Shown: positions 25,266 through 37,300 of the stretch, piece by piece
Layout of the letters: every line of letters begins with the position of its first letter
Position numbering within the stretch: position 1 is the stretch's first letter
Source of the DNA: Chiloscyllium plagiosum
Taxonomy: Eukaryota
Direction: 5' to 3'
DNA: 64,000 bases
Assembly (NCBI RefSeq): GCF_004010195.1
Contig: NC_057712.1
Location: 6,251,299 to 6,315,298, forward strand
Translations under genes and position numbers: made by a program
The notes under the pieces: generated by a model
Told to the model about the DNA's origin: nothing
What the model saw: only the letters and a program-made list of their open reading frames with translations
The model's database searches: none

Positions 25266-25713
25266 GATCTTCAAGTCTGAGTCTGGGACCTACGTGAATA
25301 ATTTCAATCTTATGTAGACAAGACTTGTCTAGTTTGTTCACATTTCACCTCCGACTTTTAAGCTACTCTAGCAGACTGGCCTTTTGAATGGTGATTAGCT
25401 TGGGCTTGTTTCATGACCCTAACTGTTAAATGCAGGGTCATGAAAGCAATCTCAATTCTCAAACTAGTAGTTATACTACTTAATGCAAATCATTAAATCA
25501 ATGTATTGTCACCACACAGTATTGCCCAAGAGGGAAAGCATATGCTTTCTGATGAAAGTATGAAGACTGCAGAAGATCCATTTGAATATGGAGGCTGTTA
25601 TGATGAAAGCTGGGCAGAAAAGGAAGTTTTGCATTTCTGAGGTTACAATTAGAAGAACAAGAAATGGTGATAATGGAGTCATGATTCGTATTGACCATTG
25701 ACCGTTGAAATGA

Positions 25714-25927
25714 GAAGTCAAAAAGTATAGCATTGGAAAAGCACAGCAGATCAGGCAGCATCCAAGGAGCAGGAGAGTTAATGTTTTGGGCATAAGCCCT
25801 TCATCAGGAAGGGCCTATGCCCAAAATGTCAACTCTCCAGCTCTTCTATGCTGCCTGACCTACTGTGCTTTTCCAGCACCACACTTCACTCTGACTGTCC
25901 AGTATCCGAAGTCTTCACTTTCTCCTA
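25714..25927. mobile_element. Fold-back Penelope-like pLTR insertion with 10-bp TSD
   Basis: GTTGAAATGA at 25704-25713 and 25928-25937. Inverted arms are centred on GGGCATAAGCCCTTCATCAGGAAGGGCCTATGCCC. Confidence 0.8.
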
Positions 25928-25999
25928 GTTGAAATGAATAGCTTGGTGAATGTAGTTTACTGGCTATTTCTCAATCTGTGGTATGAAGGTTTCAGCTAA

Positions 26000-28000
26000 G
26001 GAAAAACACTTCAGAAACTGGTGAAAGTAAGGCCATCTGGATTCCACATGCTTATGTACCCACATCAACCCTCAAGTTCCCTGCCTAACAATCTATCCAC
26101 CTCAAAAACATTCTGCCTTAACCACCTTCTGAAGCAGAGAGTTTCAAAGATGTGCAGCCCTATAAAGTTTCTTATATCCTGAAATAATGCTTAATTTTTA
26201 AAGTGTCCCCTGCTTTTCCTCTGGACACACAAGAGGATGTGTCTCTTTGGCCTTGACAAGGTAGATATTCAGCATCTTAGACATTTCAATCACCTCTCTT
26301 GGAGCTTTCAGTAGGAACAAGCCCAGTTTGTCCCACATATCAAAACTAGATTCATAAACCAACCCCTTAATTCCAAATATCAAGTGAGTAAACTTCCTCT
26401 GAACTACCTCCAATGCATTTACTACTTTTTTTTTAAATAGAAAAAAAAGCACACTAATCATGTTGTTGTATCACCCTCTTCAGCTGAAACTTGCATTCAC
26501 TTCCAATAAAGGGTAACATCTCCAAATGCTGTACTTGCATATAACTTATTGTGATTCATATAACAGAACACTTAACTTCCTCTGCATCTTGGAATTCTGT
26601 AGTTAGTTTCTGCTTAAGTAATACTCTGCATTTTTATTCTCCTTGCCAAAAAAATGAACTTTACATTTTCTCACAATGTACTCCATCTGCCAGATTTGTG
26701 CCCACCCACCCAAGTTATCCATATCTACCTGCAATTTCCTTATGTCTTCTTTGCAACATTTTCTAACCTTGGTGTCACCTGCAAATTTAGCTACCACGGC
26801 TTTGCTCCCCTCATCGAAGTCTATGCTGTAAATTATAAAAGGTTGAGCCGCCAGCACAGACCTCTGCAGGACTCCACCAATCAGCAAGATTGGTATGTAT
26901 ACATGTATGTATACTCTCTGTTTTCTGTAACCAGCCAATCTTCCATCCAAAGTGACATGGTTACCTTCTATACAATGAGCATTTTAAATCTAGACTAACC
27001 TTTGATCCAGTACCTTATCAAATGTTGTCTGGAAAGTATAGTAAGTCTACAGGATCTACACTACTACACATGTTATGCATTCAAAGAACTCCAAAGAAAT
27101 GGTTTAACGTGACTTGCTTTTGACAAACCCGTGTTGACTCTTTATGATTATCTTGTTTCTCTAATTGCACAGCCACAATCTTTAATTGATTCTAACACCT
27201 TACCCATGATAGATGTCAAGCCTGTGGTTTCCTGTCTTCTGCCTCCCTCCCCTTTTGAATTGAATCCCTACAGTACCGAGAGAAGATATTTGGCGCATTG
27301 AGTCTGCATTGACTGTCCAAAGAACATTCCACCCAGACACCACCCATCCTGTAACACCACATTTACCATGACCAATACACTTAACCTGCACATCATTGGG
27401 CTGTGGGAGGAAACCGGGGCACCTGACAGAAACTCACACTGAGATAGGGAGAATGTGCAAATTCTACACAGACAGCCAACCAAGGCTAGAATCAAACTCA
27501 GGTCCCTGGCGCTGTGAGGCAGCAATGCTAAGCACTGAGCCACTGTGCTACCTAGGGTTAGTACTTTTAAGTCTGATAGAACATTTCCGGAATTTTGGAA
27601 AGGGATTTTGGAACATTCACACCAACATATCCACAATGTCATTAGCAACTTCTTTCAAGACTATAGGATGAACTCCATCTGGACCAGGAGACCTGTCAGC
27701 TAGCAGCTCTGTCAATTTGTTAAGCACCACTTTTTTCGCAATTAAAGTTTTGCTATGTTCCCTTCTTCCTTCCATCTCCTGGTTGACATCTATTACTGGG
27801 ATGCTTTTTGTATTCTGTATAGTGAAGGCACAAGCAAAATATTTCATCATTTCATCCACAATTGCCTTATTATCTTCTATGACCTCACCATTCTCACGCT
27901 CTGCAGGATGTACACTGGCTTTGTTTACTCTTTTTTTAAATACCTATAGAAATTCTTGCTATCTGTTTTTACATTCCAAGCTAGCTTTGTCTCGTATTCT
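26000..28000 (-). mobile_element. Older CR1 LINE fragment, interrupted by a SINE
   Basis: Minus-strand ORF pieces VVAKFAGDTK, WAQIWQMEY..KCKVHFFG and RSPGPDGVHPIVLKE. Confidence 0.8.
27262..27555 (-). mobile_element. V-SINE (HE1-like) nested in the LINE
   Basis: The reverse strand shows a tRNA-like head GCACAGTGGCTCAGTGCTTAGCATTGCTGCCTCACAGCGCCAGGGACC and the V-domain. Confidence 0.85.
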
Positions 28001-28099
28001 AATTTCTTCCTCCTGATTAACCTTGAAGTCATTTTCTGCTGTTGTTTATATTATGACCCAATCATTTTGTTCAGATTTTTAAGTTGATACTTTCCCTAA

Positions 28100-28310
28100 G
28101 TAGGAATCAGTTTAGCTCAGCTGGCTGGATCATTGGTTTACAGAGCAGTGTAGGTTCAATTCCCATCACCGGTTTGAGGTTACCATGAAGGATTCTCCTT
28201 CTCAACCTCTTCCCTCACCTGAGGTCTGGTGGCCCTCAGGTTAAATCACCACCAATCACTTCTCTCTAATGAGAGAGTAGCCCCTATGATCTGGTAAGAC
28301 TGGTGACACA
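28100..28310 (+). mobile_element. tRNA-derived SINE, family not identified
   Basis: A-box-like TTAGCTCAGCTGG and B-box-like GGTTCAATTCCC. Confidence 0.5.
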
Positions 28311-29756
28311 ACTTTCCTGAAGTTATTCAGTTAGCCATGGATGATGGGTCCTCTTTTTAGAATTTGTCTTTCGAGTAGGAATTATTTTGTTCTGGTAATT
28401 CTGAAGTATCCCCTTAACTATCTCCCACTCATATCGATCTATTCCTTAGCCTAGTTTCCCAGTTCACTTCAGCTACCTCAGGTTTCACACCCACATAGTT
28501 GCTCTTTTTTAAGTTTAAAACTCTAGTCTCAGACCCAACTTATTCCTTTCAAAAAGTGTAATTATATTGTGGTCACTACAACCTAGGGGTGCCTTAACTC
28601 TGAGGTCATTAGTTAATTCTGTCACATTGCACAATACCAAGTCTAATATAATCTGGTCTCTGGTCAATTCCAAAATGTGTTACTGTAAAAATAATCTTGA
28701 AAGCATTATATGAACTCTTCAGCCAGGCTACTACTGTGACTCTCATTTATCCAGTTATATGTAGATTAAAGTCACTCATGATTATTGCCATTCCTTTATC
28801 ATAAGCACTCAATATTTCTTCCTGTGTACTTTGTCTCATGTCAGTGTTAGGAAATCTGGAGATCTCTTCCATTAGTGGCTTCTTTCCCTCATAATCCCTC
28901 AATTCTACTTACATTAATTTAACACCCTGATCACTTGAACTAAGGTCACCTCTAACTATTGCATGAATTAGAATTAGGTTTATTGTCACATGTACTCAAG
29001 TACAGGGATGCATGAGTACGGTGAAAATTGTACAATGTCGCCACTTCCAGGGCCATCTTAGGCACAAAGATATTGAGGTACAATATTTTAGGTATAAATT
29101 GGAAAGGTGAAGAAATAAAGGTAGAAGATCAGCATTGCTGTCTTTCTAAAGCAGTGAGTCCATGTTGGGCTTCCTCAAGGGCGGGAGTCCACACCAGACT
29201 TCCTCAAGGCTGGGAGTCCGTGTTGGGTTTCACTGAGGCTGGGAGTCCTTCAAATCTATGCTGGCTCAATTCTGCACCACTGATGCCATCTGAGGAATGG
29301 AGGTAAATAGAGAAAAAAAATGAAAGAGAAGAAGAAACAAACAAATGAAAGTGAAAGGAAATAGATGAAGTGAACGATCTCTGGCTTAGGAGACTACTCC
29401 ACCACCATCACTCTCCGACCATACTTGATTAAGAGTGCTACCCTTCCAGTCCTAGCTTCCTATGTTCCTTCTTGCTAGTTATGTGGTTCAAGGGTAGATT
29501 GTCCAAATGAAACAGCCCTTACTTTACCAGTATTGATGTCAGTGAGTCACAAGCCTACTTCTCCCACTCCAGTTGTTGAGGTACAGATTCATCTCTCTAA
29601 TTTATGCATCTATGCCAATTTGCAAACAGTTCAGGTAATGTTCCAGAAATTATAAGGTATTTGAGGTTCTGCATTTCAATTTAGTGCCTAGCTCTTTCTA
29701 CTCACTGTGCAGAGCCTCTTTCCTAATCCTATTTGTGGAATGGGTATCCAGTAGAT

Positions 29757-30102
29757 GGGATGGCACGGTGGCTCACTGCTGCCTCACAGCGCCAGGGACT
29801 CGGGTTCGATTCCAAACTCGGGTGATTGACTGTGTGGAGTTTGCACATTCTCCCCTGTTTCGGTGTGGGTTTCCTCCGGGTGCTCCGGTTTCCTCCAACA
29901 ATTCAAAGGTGTGCAGGTTAGGTGAATTGGCAATGCTAAATTACCGATAGTGTTCATGAACGTGTAGGTTAGGTGCATTAGTCAGGAGTAACTATATAGT
30001 CAGGATAAGGGAATGAGTCTGGGTGGGTTAATATTTGGGGAGTCGGTGTGGACTTGTTGGGCCAAAGGGCCTGTTTCCATACTGTAGGGATTCTATGATT
30101 CT
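29757..30102 (+). mobile_element. V-SINE (HE1-like), near full length
   Basis: TGGCACGGTGGCTCA..., B box GGTTCGATTCC, V-domain TGTGTGGAGTTTGCACATTCTCCCC...TTTCCTCCGGGTGCTCCGGTTTCCTCC and a CR1-like tail. Confidence 0.9.
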
Positions 30103-30684
30103 AGATCTCTCTCCCACTGCAAGTTTCATTCCAGTCCTAAATAGATGTCCAAAACCCTGGCATCAGACTCTCACTCTTTGCTGCAACGAACAGTTTCAAA
30201 CCCAAACACTATACTATCACATATTAATACATTCCTTGTTGTTTCCCTCACTTGAATGGCTTCCTGTATACAATGGCATTGTCAGTTTGTACATCCATCA
30301 AGCAGCATTACTCTCATCCAAACAGTTTGAGAGAACCTCAAACCTACTGCAGAACTGAAGGAGCAGATACGCCTGCTCTCTGGACCCTGTTACCTGTCTT
30401 ACATACGGTCACACTCTCCTGTCCCTGGCCACTGGGCTAATCAGAAAACCCTATCCAAAATGATGTGACTGCCTGTGGTACAAAATATCCAAGTAACTTT
30501 CCCTCTCCCTGAGGCAGTGTCTGTAGTTCACCCTCCAGCTCATAAATTTAGGTGTCTTTGCCCTCGATCACAATAGGATCTAGAAATCCAACTTACTGTA
30601 GTCCTGACACATCACCTGAACTGTCACCCTTAATGATTTTTGATTACTTAAAGTTTTTTTATTCACTTACTTATGCCAGGATTC

Positions 30685-30975
30685 CAGAATTAGACAGCAA
30701 AGGTTTAAGGTGAGAGGGGAAAAAATTAAAAGGGACCTAAGGGGCACCTTTTTCACTCAGAGGGTGGTGCGTATATGGAATGAGTAGCCAGAGGAAGTGG
30801 TGGAGGCTGGTACAATTGCAACATTTAAAAGACATCTGGATGGGTAAATGAATAGGAAGGGTTTGGAGAGATATGGGCCAGGTGCTGGCAAATGGAACCA
30901 GATTCATGTAGGTTTTTCGATCGGCATGGACAAGTTGGACCAAAGGTTCTGTTTCCTTACTGTACAACTCTATGG
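30685..30975 (+). mobile_element. CR1 LINE 3' end
   Basis: Matches 24985-25260. Confidence 0.8.
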
Positions 30976-31089
30976 AACTCTGTTACCATTTTAAATATTC
31001 TGTTGACTTTACCACCAAATTGTACACCATGTTAACATTTAAGATCAGAAAAGACCTTTACCAGTTACCAGAGACTCAGCAAACAGATA

Positions 31090-31292
31090 ATTGGCAGGTG
31101 TGTCAACTGGAGAGGAGTGGGGTGGGAGGGGAGAGTGGGTTCAGCTGGAACAGGTGTGGGTAAGGAGAGGAACAGGTGAGGGAGTTGGAGGGGAGGAACA
31201 GGTGTGGGTAAGGAGAGGAACAGGTGAGGGAGTTGGAGGGGAGGGACAGGTGTGCAGAGGGGAGGGGATGGTAGGTGTGGAGGAGGGACAGG
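31090..31292 (+). promoter_or_regulatory. E-box-rich upstream region of ZPAX copy B with a 48-bp tandem repeat
   Basis: CAGGTG at 31095, 31151, 31173, 31199, 31221 and 31247, CAGCTG at 31142 and ATTGG at 31090. The 48-bp unit occurs at 31147-31194 and 31195-31242. Confidence 0.6.
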
Positions 31293-31322
31293 TCTGCTCA
31301 GCCAGGGGCTAGATTGTGGATT

Positions 31323-34300
31323 ATGGCATCGATCCTGCTCTTTGGGTGAGTCTGTGCGATGGGGAGAAAGTTGGAAACGGGATGGACGCTCCCATGTTTT
31401 TGCTAATTGCTTCTTCCTCTCTTTAACAGTTTGATATTATCGGTGTCTGCAACAGCTCCTGAAGTCTGGATGCAAAGTGCCCCTCCAGGTCAGTGTTCTA
31501 TCCAAAGATAAAGTGTTTGTTTTGTGCTTTGACTCTGAGCTGGTGTCTTTAATGTTGAAGAACTTTCTTTAATCTATTGTTGTAGGTTTGCTGAAGGCTG
31601 AATGCCGCGACAGTGTCTTTTGGGTTGGACTGAATAAGGATTTTCTTGCCGGGAAGTTCTGGCAGATTAGCATTGTTGGTGAGTGTTGCTGCTTTACCTT
31701 GGAGTCGGTGTGTAACAGATCTCTGCTCCCAATATTGGTCTGATGGACCTATCCGTTGTATGTCATCTGAAGACTAATCTGAATTGTCTGCTTTTTTTTT
31801 CACCACCTCTATTTACAACAGTGTTGTGTCAGTGTCTTGATACTGTTAAATACTGGAGTGATAAAAGGATTGAATTTTGATGCTCAATTAAGCCCATCTT
31901 TCCCAATATAAAGTTTCATGGGATACTTGCAATAAGTTTGCACCTTTTTTTTTGTAAGCCTGATGGCTTGAATTTTCTGTTCAAACAAATGCTTGCTCTC
32001 CACTCATCCTAATTGGCTGGATTTCACAACTGCAGCAGAAAATGATTGACTACACCAGCTCTTCAAAGGCACACTGTTGCCTCCTGCCATTTTAATTCAC
32101 TACCACCCCACACCACACCACACTCTTGCCATATTTCTCTGGTATTAGATGATTCTTGGATAATCATTGTATTATCACTGTAGGCTCTCCTTAAACAGGT
32201 TGTTCAATGACTGGCCTGGAATGACTGTCTAATTCTTAGTTAATTTGTTTTAACACTTTAAGCTACCAACCCTGAGCTTAAAGTCCAAGCTCAGTGTGAT
32301 ATTTGGATGTTTTGTTTTACTGTTAGTAAAAATCAGATTCTGAAAATAGTGACTTTGATTTAATTATGGATTTTCATAACTTGAACACTATGGTTAATGA
32401 AGATTTGTACCTAACAATGCAACAAGTTACCTTGTCACTTCCAAATGAGTGAATCTACATTACTGTTCCCTTTTGGTCTTGGTCAACATTTTTAGTCTTG
32501 TTGACTATTTAATTTTTAAGCCATTGCTTCCATTAATAAGGATCTCCATTTTATAAATCACATGTAACCTAGGTTTGTCGTCATGACTCTAGCAGGCATT
32601 TCCAGGTTTTGAACTACTGCACTAAAAATCTATTTTCAGAACCACTCTTGAGAATCAATTAGAATGGATGTGGAACAAAACAGATCATTAATCTTAAGTG
32701 TGCTCAGTCACACTGTTAAGTCAGTACTTACTATTTTAGTTAGGGAAAGTGACATTGCTTTGATCCTTTAATAAATAATTCAGAAATCTAATTGCTTTTC
32801 TGGTGAATAAACAGCAAACTTCCATGTGCACCTGTATAGGTATTCCTGCCAATTGAAGCAAATTTGTTTGCAGTGTGTGCAGACAGTTCATGATTTTGAA
32901 GCTAACTCTAGGTTTTCTATAACTTTTCTAGATCCTGCTGGTAAAATCTATCTTGTTACACCAAGCTTTGCTTCACAGTGTGGCTACACCATTACAGTGG
33001 ATTTGTGGAATAATGTTGAGTTCCGTGCCTCTGTCCTCAGCTGCTGTGTACATATTGTGGTAAGATATGAAGATATAAATTTCAGATCTAGGTGTTTTTC
33101 CTATCTTCAGTCTGTGTAGACAGAACCAAAGAAAATGCAAGAAATGTTTAAGTGCCCCCAAGAATGAGTTGACCTACTTTAAGGTGGGCTGATGGATGAA
33201 GGAAAGACCAGTGAGAATCCTTCTAGGAATAAAAGGCTCCATGTATTTCTCATAAGGGAGGGGGCTGGAGGATGTGGAGTGGTAGGGGGAGGAAGAGACA
33301 AACCATGCAGCTAGTCAGATTTTTGTGGTTACTATTGGGTAACTGCAACAGGTTAGTACCTCCATACAGAAAAAGTCAAACAAAAATATCGTGCAAAAAT
33401 CCTGAAGTGTAATTGGTTTCTGTGCCTGTTTACCCCTCTCTCCATTGCATTACCTTTTATAAGTTTTACAATTGTTTTTATTACTTAAATCCTGGATGTT
33501 ATATTTGAAATTTCTTTTTGGCTCAACCAACTCCTAACGCAACTTAATCCAAACCTCCATCTTGGTGGTTTTCTGGTTTTGTAATTTCCTTTTACGGAGT
33601 CACTGAATTCATCTTTACTGCATAGCCTGTTTTGTGTTTTAACATCTTTTAACACCATGAGATGGAGAGGATTTTGAACCTATAGTCACTATAATTGAAT
33701 AAATATTCAGGTCCTTTGCAGGATAAAGTGAAAGCATGTGTATAAAGACCATGTCAAGATGGTGACCCTTGTTATTGAATTATACTTTTTTTAATTTTGT
33801 CTACAGAATGATGAACAGTTCAACCTCACTGTACAAATACATGTAGGAACTAACAGGATAATGGCTTCAACATATGTTCAAACACTTTCATGTATGTACT
33901 CACCATGGGCTGCAAGGGAAATCTTCTGTGAAGAAAACTACATGCAGGTAAACGGCTAATGCCAAATACTGGTTTGACTATTTTCTACAGTTAGTAGCAA
34001 TTCTAAGCTGTTCTGGAAGACTAGTAATATCTAAAATACAAATTAGGTACCTAACAACAAATTGTAGAATCTGAGCTCATAACTAACTTTAATCATCCTT
34101 TGTCTAGTCAGTAGCTCAGACTGCCATCTAACATTGACTCGGCACTAATTATGTATGCAGCTGGGGCTGCTGTTAATGACCAGTAATTTTTTTAAATCTT
34201 ATGCAGGTTTCAGTACAAAGAAAGATACCACCAATTGAAGACGATTATGCACAGGATTCTCAGGACTGGTCTTTAATTCTTCCAGAAGTAAGATGTCATG

Positions 34301-37300
34301 GATGAAATTTTCAATGGTGGCCTATTCTTCGTAATTCGTTTTAATTTGCAATGCTTCATTCTAATGAATGCAACCATGGCTGTAGACTATATTTTCTTGA
34401 ACAATGGCAAAAGTAGGCCCAATGTATTTGTTTTTTTTTTCTTCCAACACTGTTTGAAGAAATTGCCGTGTACTGCCTTTTAACCTGTTTGGCTTGTTAA
34501 CTTGAGCTTTCCTAAGTGTCTAATCAAAACATGAGTAAAGTTATGGATCATCACTGGGCCAAAATGTTAATTTTAGAATTGTGATCTTTTAAAAAAATGT
34601 TTAACTTTTTTTGAGCCCCAGAACATGTCAAAAGGCCTTTTTCTGACACAAGATGTCAGAGCATTGATTATATCAAATTGTCTTGTGGAATTTCCATTTT
34701 GCTTGCAGCTTCACACTTCTAATAGAGATAGGCAAGTTGGAAGTCAGGGACACTGGTGTCTCTCTTTGGTTTTCCTTTATGGCATTGTACATGAACTTCA
34801 TGTTGAAGGTGACCTCCAGTAATATTTGCAGAATTTGTGACAGTCCTTGTTGCAGCTTCAGTGGAGTTTTAATTATCTTTATTGCTGATCTAGGCAAGTA
34901 GTGCAGAAAGTGGAATATGGCAAGTGGTATTCCATATATCTGGTGACAAAAGGACTATGACTGTCAAAGAAGCACATCAAATGAATTATGGAATCAATAG
35001 TACAATGTCTCGTATATTGCTTCGTGCTCCATATCATACAAATGAGGCTCAAACTGTTTTGGTAAGTTCATTATACTACTCTGGCTTTCCTGAGCCTTTT
35101 TAGATTGCATGTAAATGCAGTAACTGATGCTTTTTTATAATTAGGTCCATGGTGTGCCCTTGTCAGTAATACGATCAAGTACTTTTTATAAACAGCACTG
35201 GATGATTCTTGTTGTTGACACTGCTGTGGCTTGTCCTCTTGGTAAGATTGCTAATCTTGTATCTTTTAAATTAAGCACAATTGTAGGCTTCATTGAAGTC
35301 TATTTACACACCTCCTTTTAATATTCCCTGTTTCATTTGAAACATTACGGTCTGGTCTAAGCAGTAGAGTGAGGGCTGAGTACTCTTCATGACCCTTAGG
35401 GAGCTGCTTCGACTTCTATGGAGTTAGTGGAGATATTTAGGACTAAATTAGTTAGGCTAATATTGGAATACTGCATTCAATTCTAGTCTCCCTCTGTAGA
35501 CAGGATGTTGTGAAACCTGAAAGGGCTCAAAGATTTACAAGATGTTGCCAGGGTTTGAGCAAAAAGGAAAGCCTGAATAGGCTGGGACTATTTTTCCTTC
35601 TAACCTCAGGCTCAGGCTGAGCCTCTTTTATAGAGGCTTTAAAAATCCAGGGGCATGATATGGTGAATAGATAAGTCTTATCGCTGATGGGAGTCCAGAA
35701 CTGGAGGGCATAGGTCCCTTTTCTTTCCCTCACCTTAAACCTAACAGCCAACTTTCTCATGCAGAGGATGGTGCACATGTGGAATGAGCCTTCAGAGGAA
35801 GCGTGGAGGTTTGTAGAATTGCAACATTTCAAGGCACCTGGATGTGTATGAATAAGGGTTTAGATGATATGGAACTAGATTAATTTTAGGATATCTGGTT
35901 GGCATGGACAAGTTGGACTGCAGGGTCTGAATCCATGCTGTACATTCTAACTCTATTTTTAGCAATTCTAAACCTACTACTTGTTATCCCTCAGATGGTA
36001 CTTCATTCACTGATGACCTAATCATCTGGACAGTACCAAGAATCTTCACTCCACTTGTCACCAGTGCAGTTCATCAGGACAACACCTCCATGGGAGTAAA
36101 TGGGATCAAGTTGAATTCCACAACAATGGGAGAAAGAAACTATACCATTGATAAGAATGATACAGGCCTTGCTATAAGGGTCCCCATTGGAGCACAGGAT
36201 GGATATTACAAGGTTGGATTTTGGATTTTGCCTTGCAAGTGAAAGGATAAAAGCAGCTAACTCAAACGATCTTCAGTATTTCATAAGAGCAGAAGGCCAT
36301 TCAGTTTGTCAAATCTGTGGTTGCTCTGATATGTACTTCTACTCCTGTACCAGCTCAATGACTCATGATTTTAGTTTACTAGAAATGTAATATGACCTTG
36401 AATCTCAATGATATCTTCTGAGCAAAGCACTGAAGACAAGATTTTGATTAGATTTCTCATTTAATGAAGAAAATCATTCTAGAGTTGCCTTTCCTCTAGC
36501 ATCCTGCACTGCAGATGCTCTCCAGATCTAATCTAACTAGTCCCTTCAAGTTTGTCTAAAAAAAATCACCCCACATTCTTAATTTTAGGTGTGCCAGTCC
36601 AACCTGCTCAACTTTCTTTCTCCAAGACTACAGTTAGTCACTAGTTTGACTCTTGGAAACTTCCTCTAGACTGCTTCCAATGCAAGTGTCTCCCCCCTTT
36701 CGGTAAAGAAACTAAACAGTACACCATGTTCTGTACAGTTGTAGGAGGACTTCTAAATGCATTTCCCACACTACAGAAAAGACTAACATTCTATTCATCC
36801 TAATTAGTTTACCTTCATGCTAACAGTTGTGCTGTCTATGAACTAGGACATCTGATTCCTCTACAGCATTCCAGTCTCTTTGAGAGAATAGAAAGCTAGA
36901 TCATTTACAATGGAGGAGTTGACATTTCTCCACATTGCATTCTACCTGCTTTTCACCCTTATCTTGTACCCCTCATTTTATTTGTAACTTCTCAACTTGC
37001 CAAATTTATTATGCAAAATAAGAAACACCATCATCATTGAATAAAAACCAATGTAGATTGTAAACTATCCCTGAAGCATGCCAGTATTTCACCAGCTAGC
37101 AATTTATCCAGACTGTTTTGTTTCCTACTGATCAGTCATCTTTCAAGTTCCCTAACTACCCTTTTTGTGGTATCTTGTTAAATGCCTTCTAGAAGTTCCA
37201 GGTGCATGATCTTTTCCTTGTTATCAACATTGATTTTAAGTGCTCAATTCCAACCCTTATGAAAGGAAAACCTTGCTGTGTGATTAAAATGTCCTGTTGG

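Noticed and set aside
29757-29830. tRNA-like A/B boxes (also near 2400, 27540 and 28110)
   Set aside because: These are SINE heads that continue into SINE body sequence, with no complete cloverleaf.
31147-31252. Regularly spaced ACAGGTG repeats resembling a CRISPR array
   Set aside because: The DNA is eukaryotic, the spacers are themselves repeated, and there are no cas genes. It is a simple minisatellite.
31091-31312. 73-aa ORF with repeated EQVWVRRGTGEGVGG
   Set aside because: It is the translation of the 48-bp promoter repeat and is out of frame with ZPAX exon 1.
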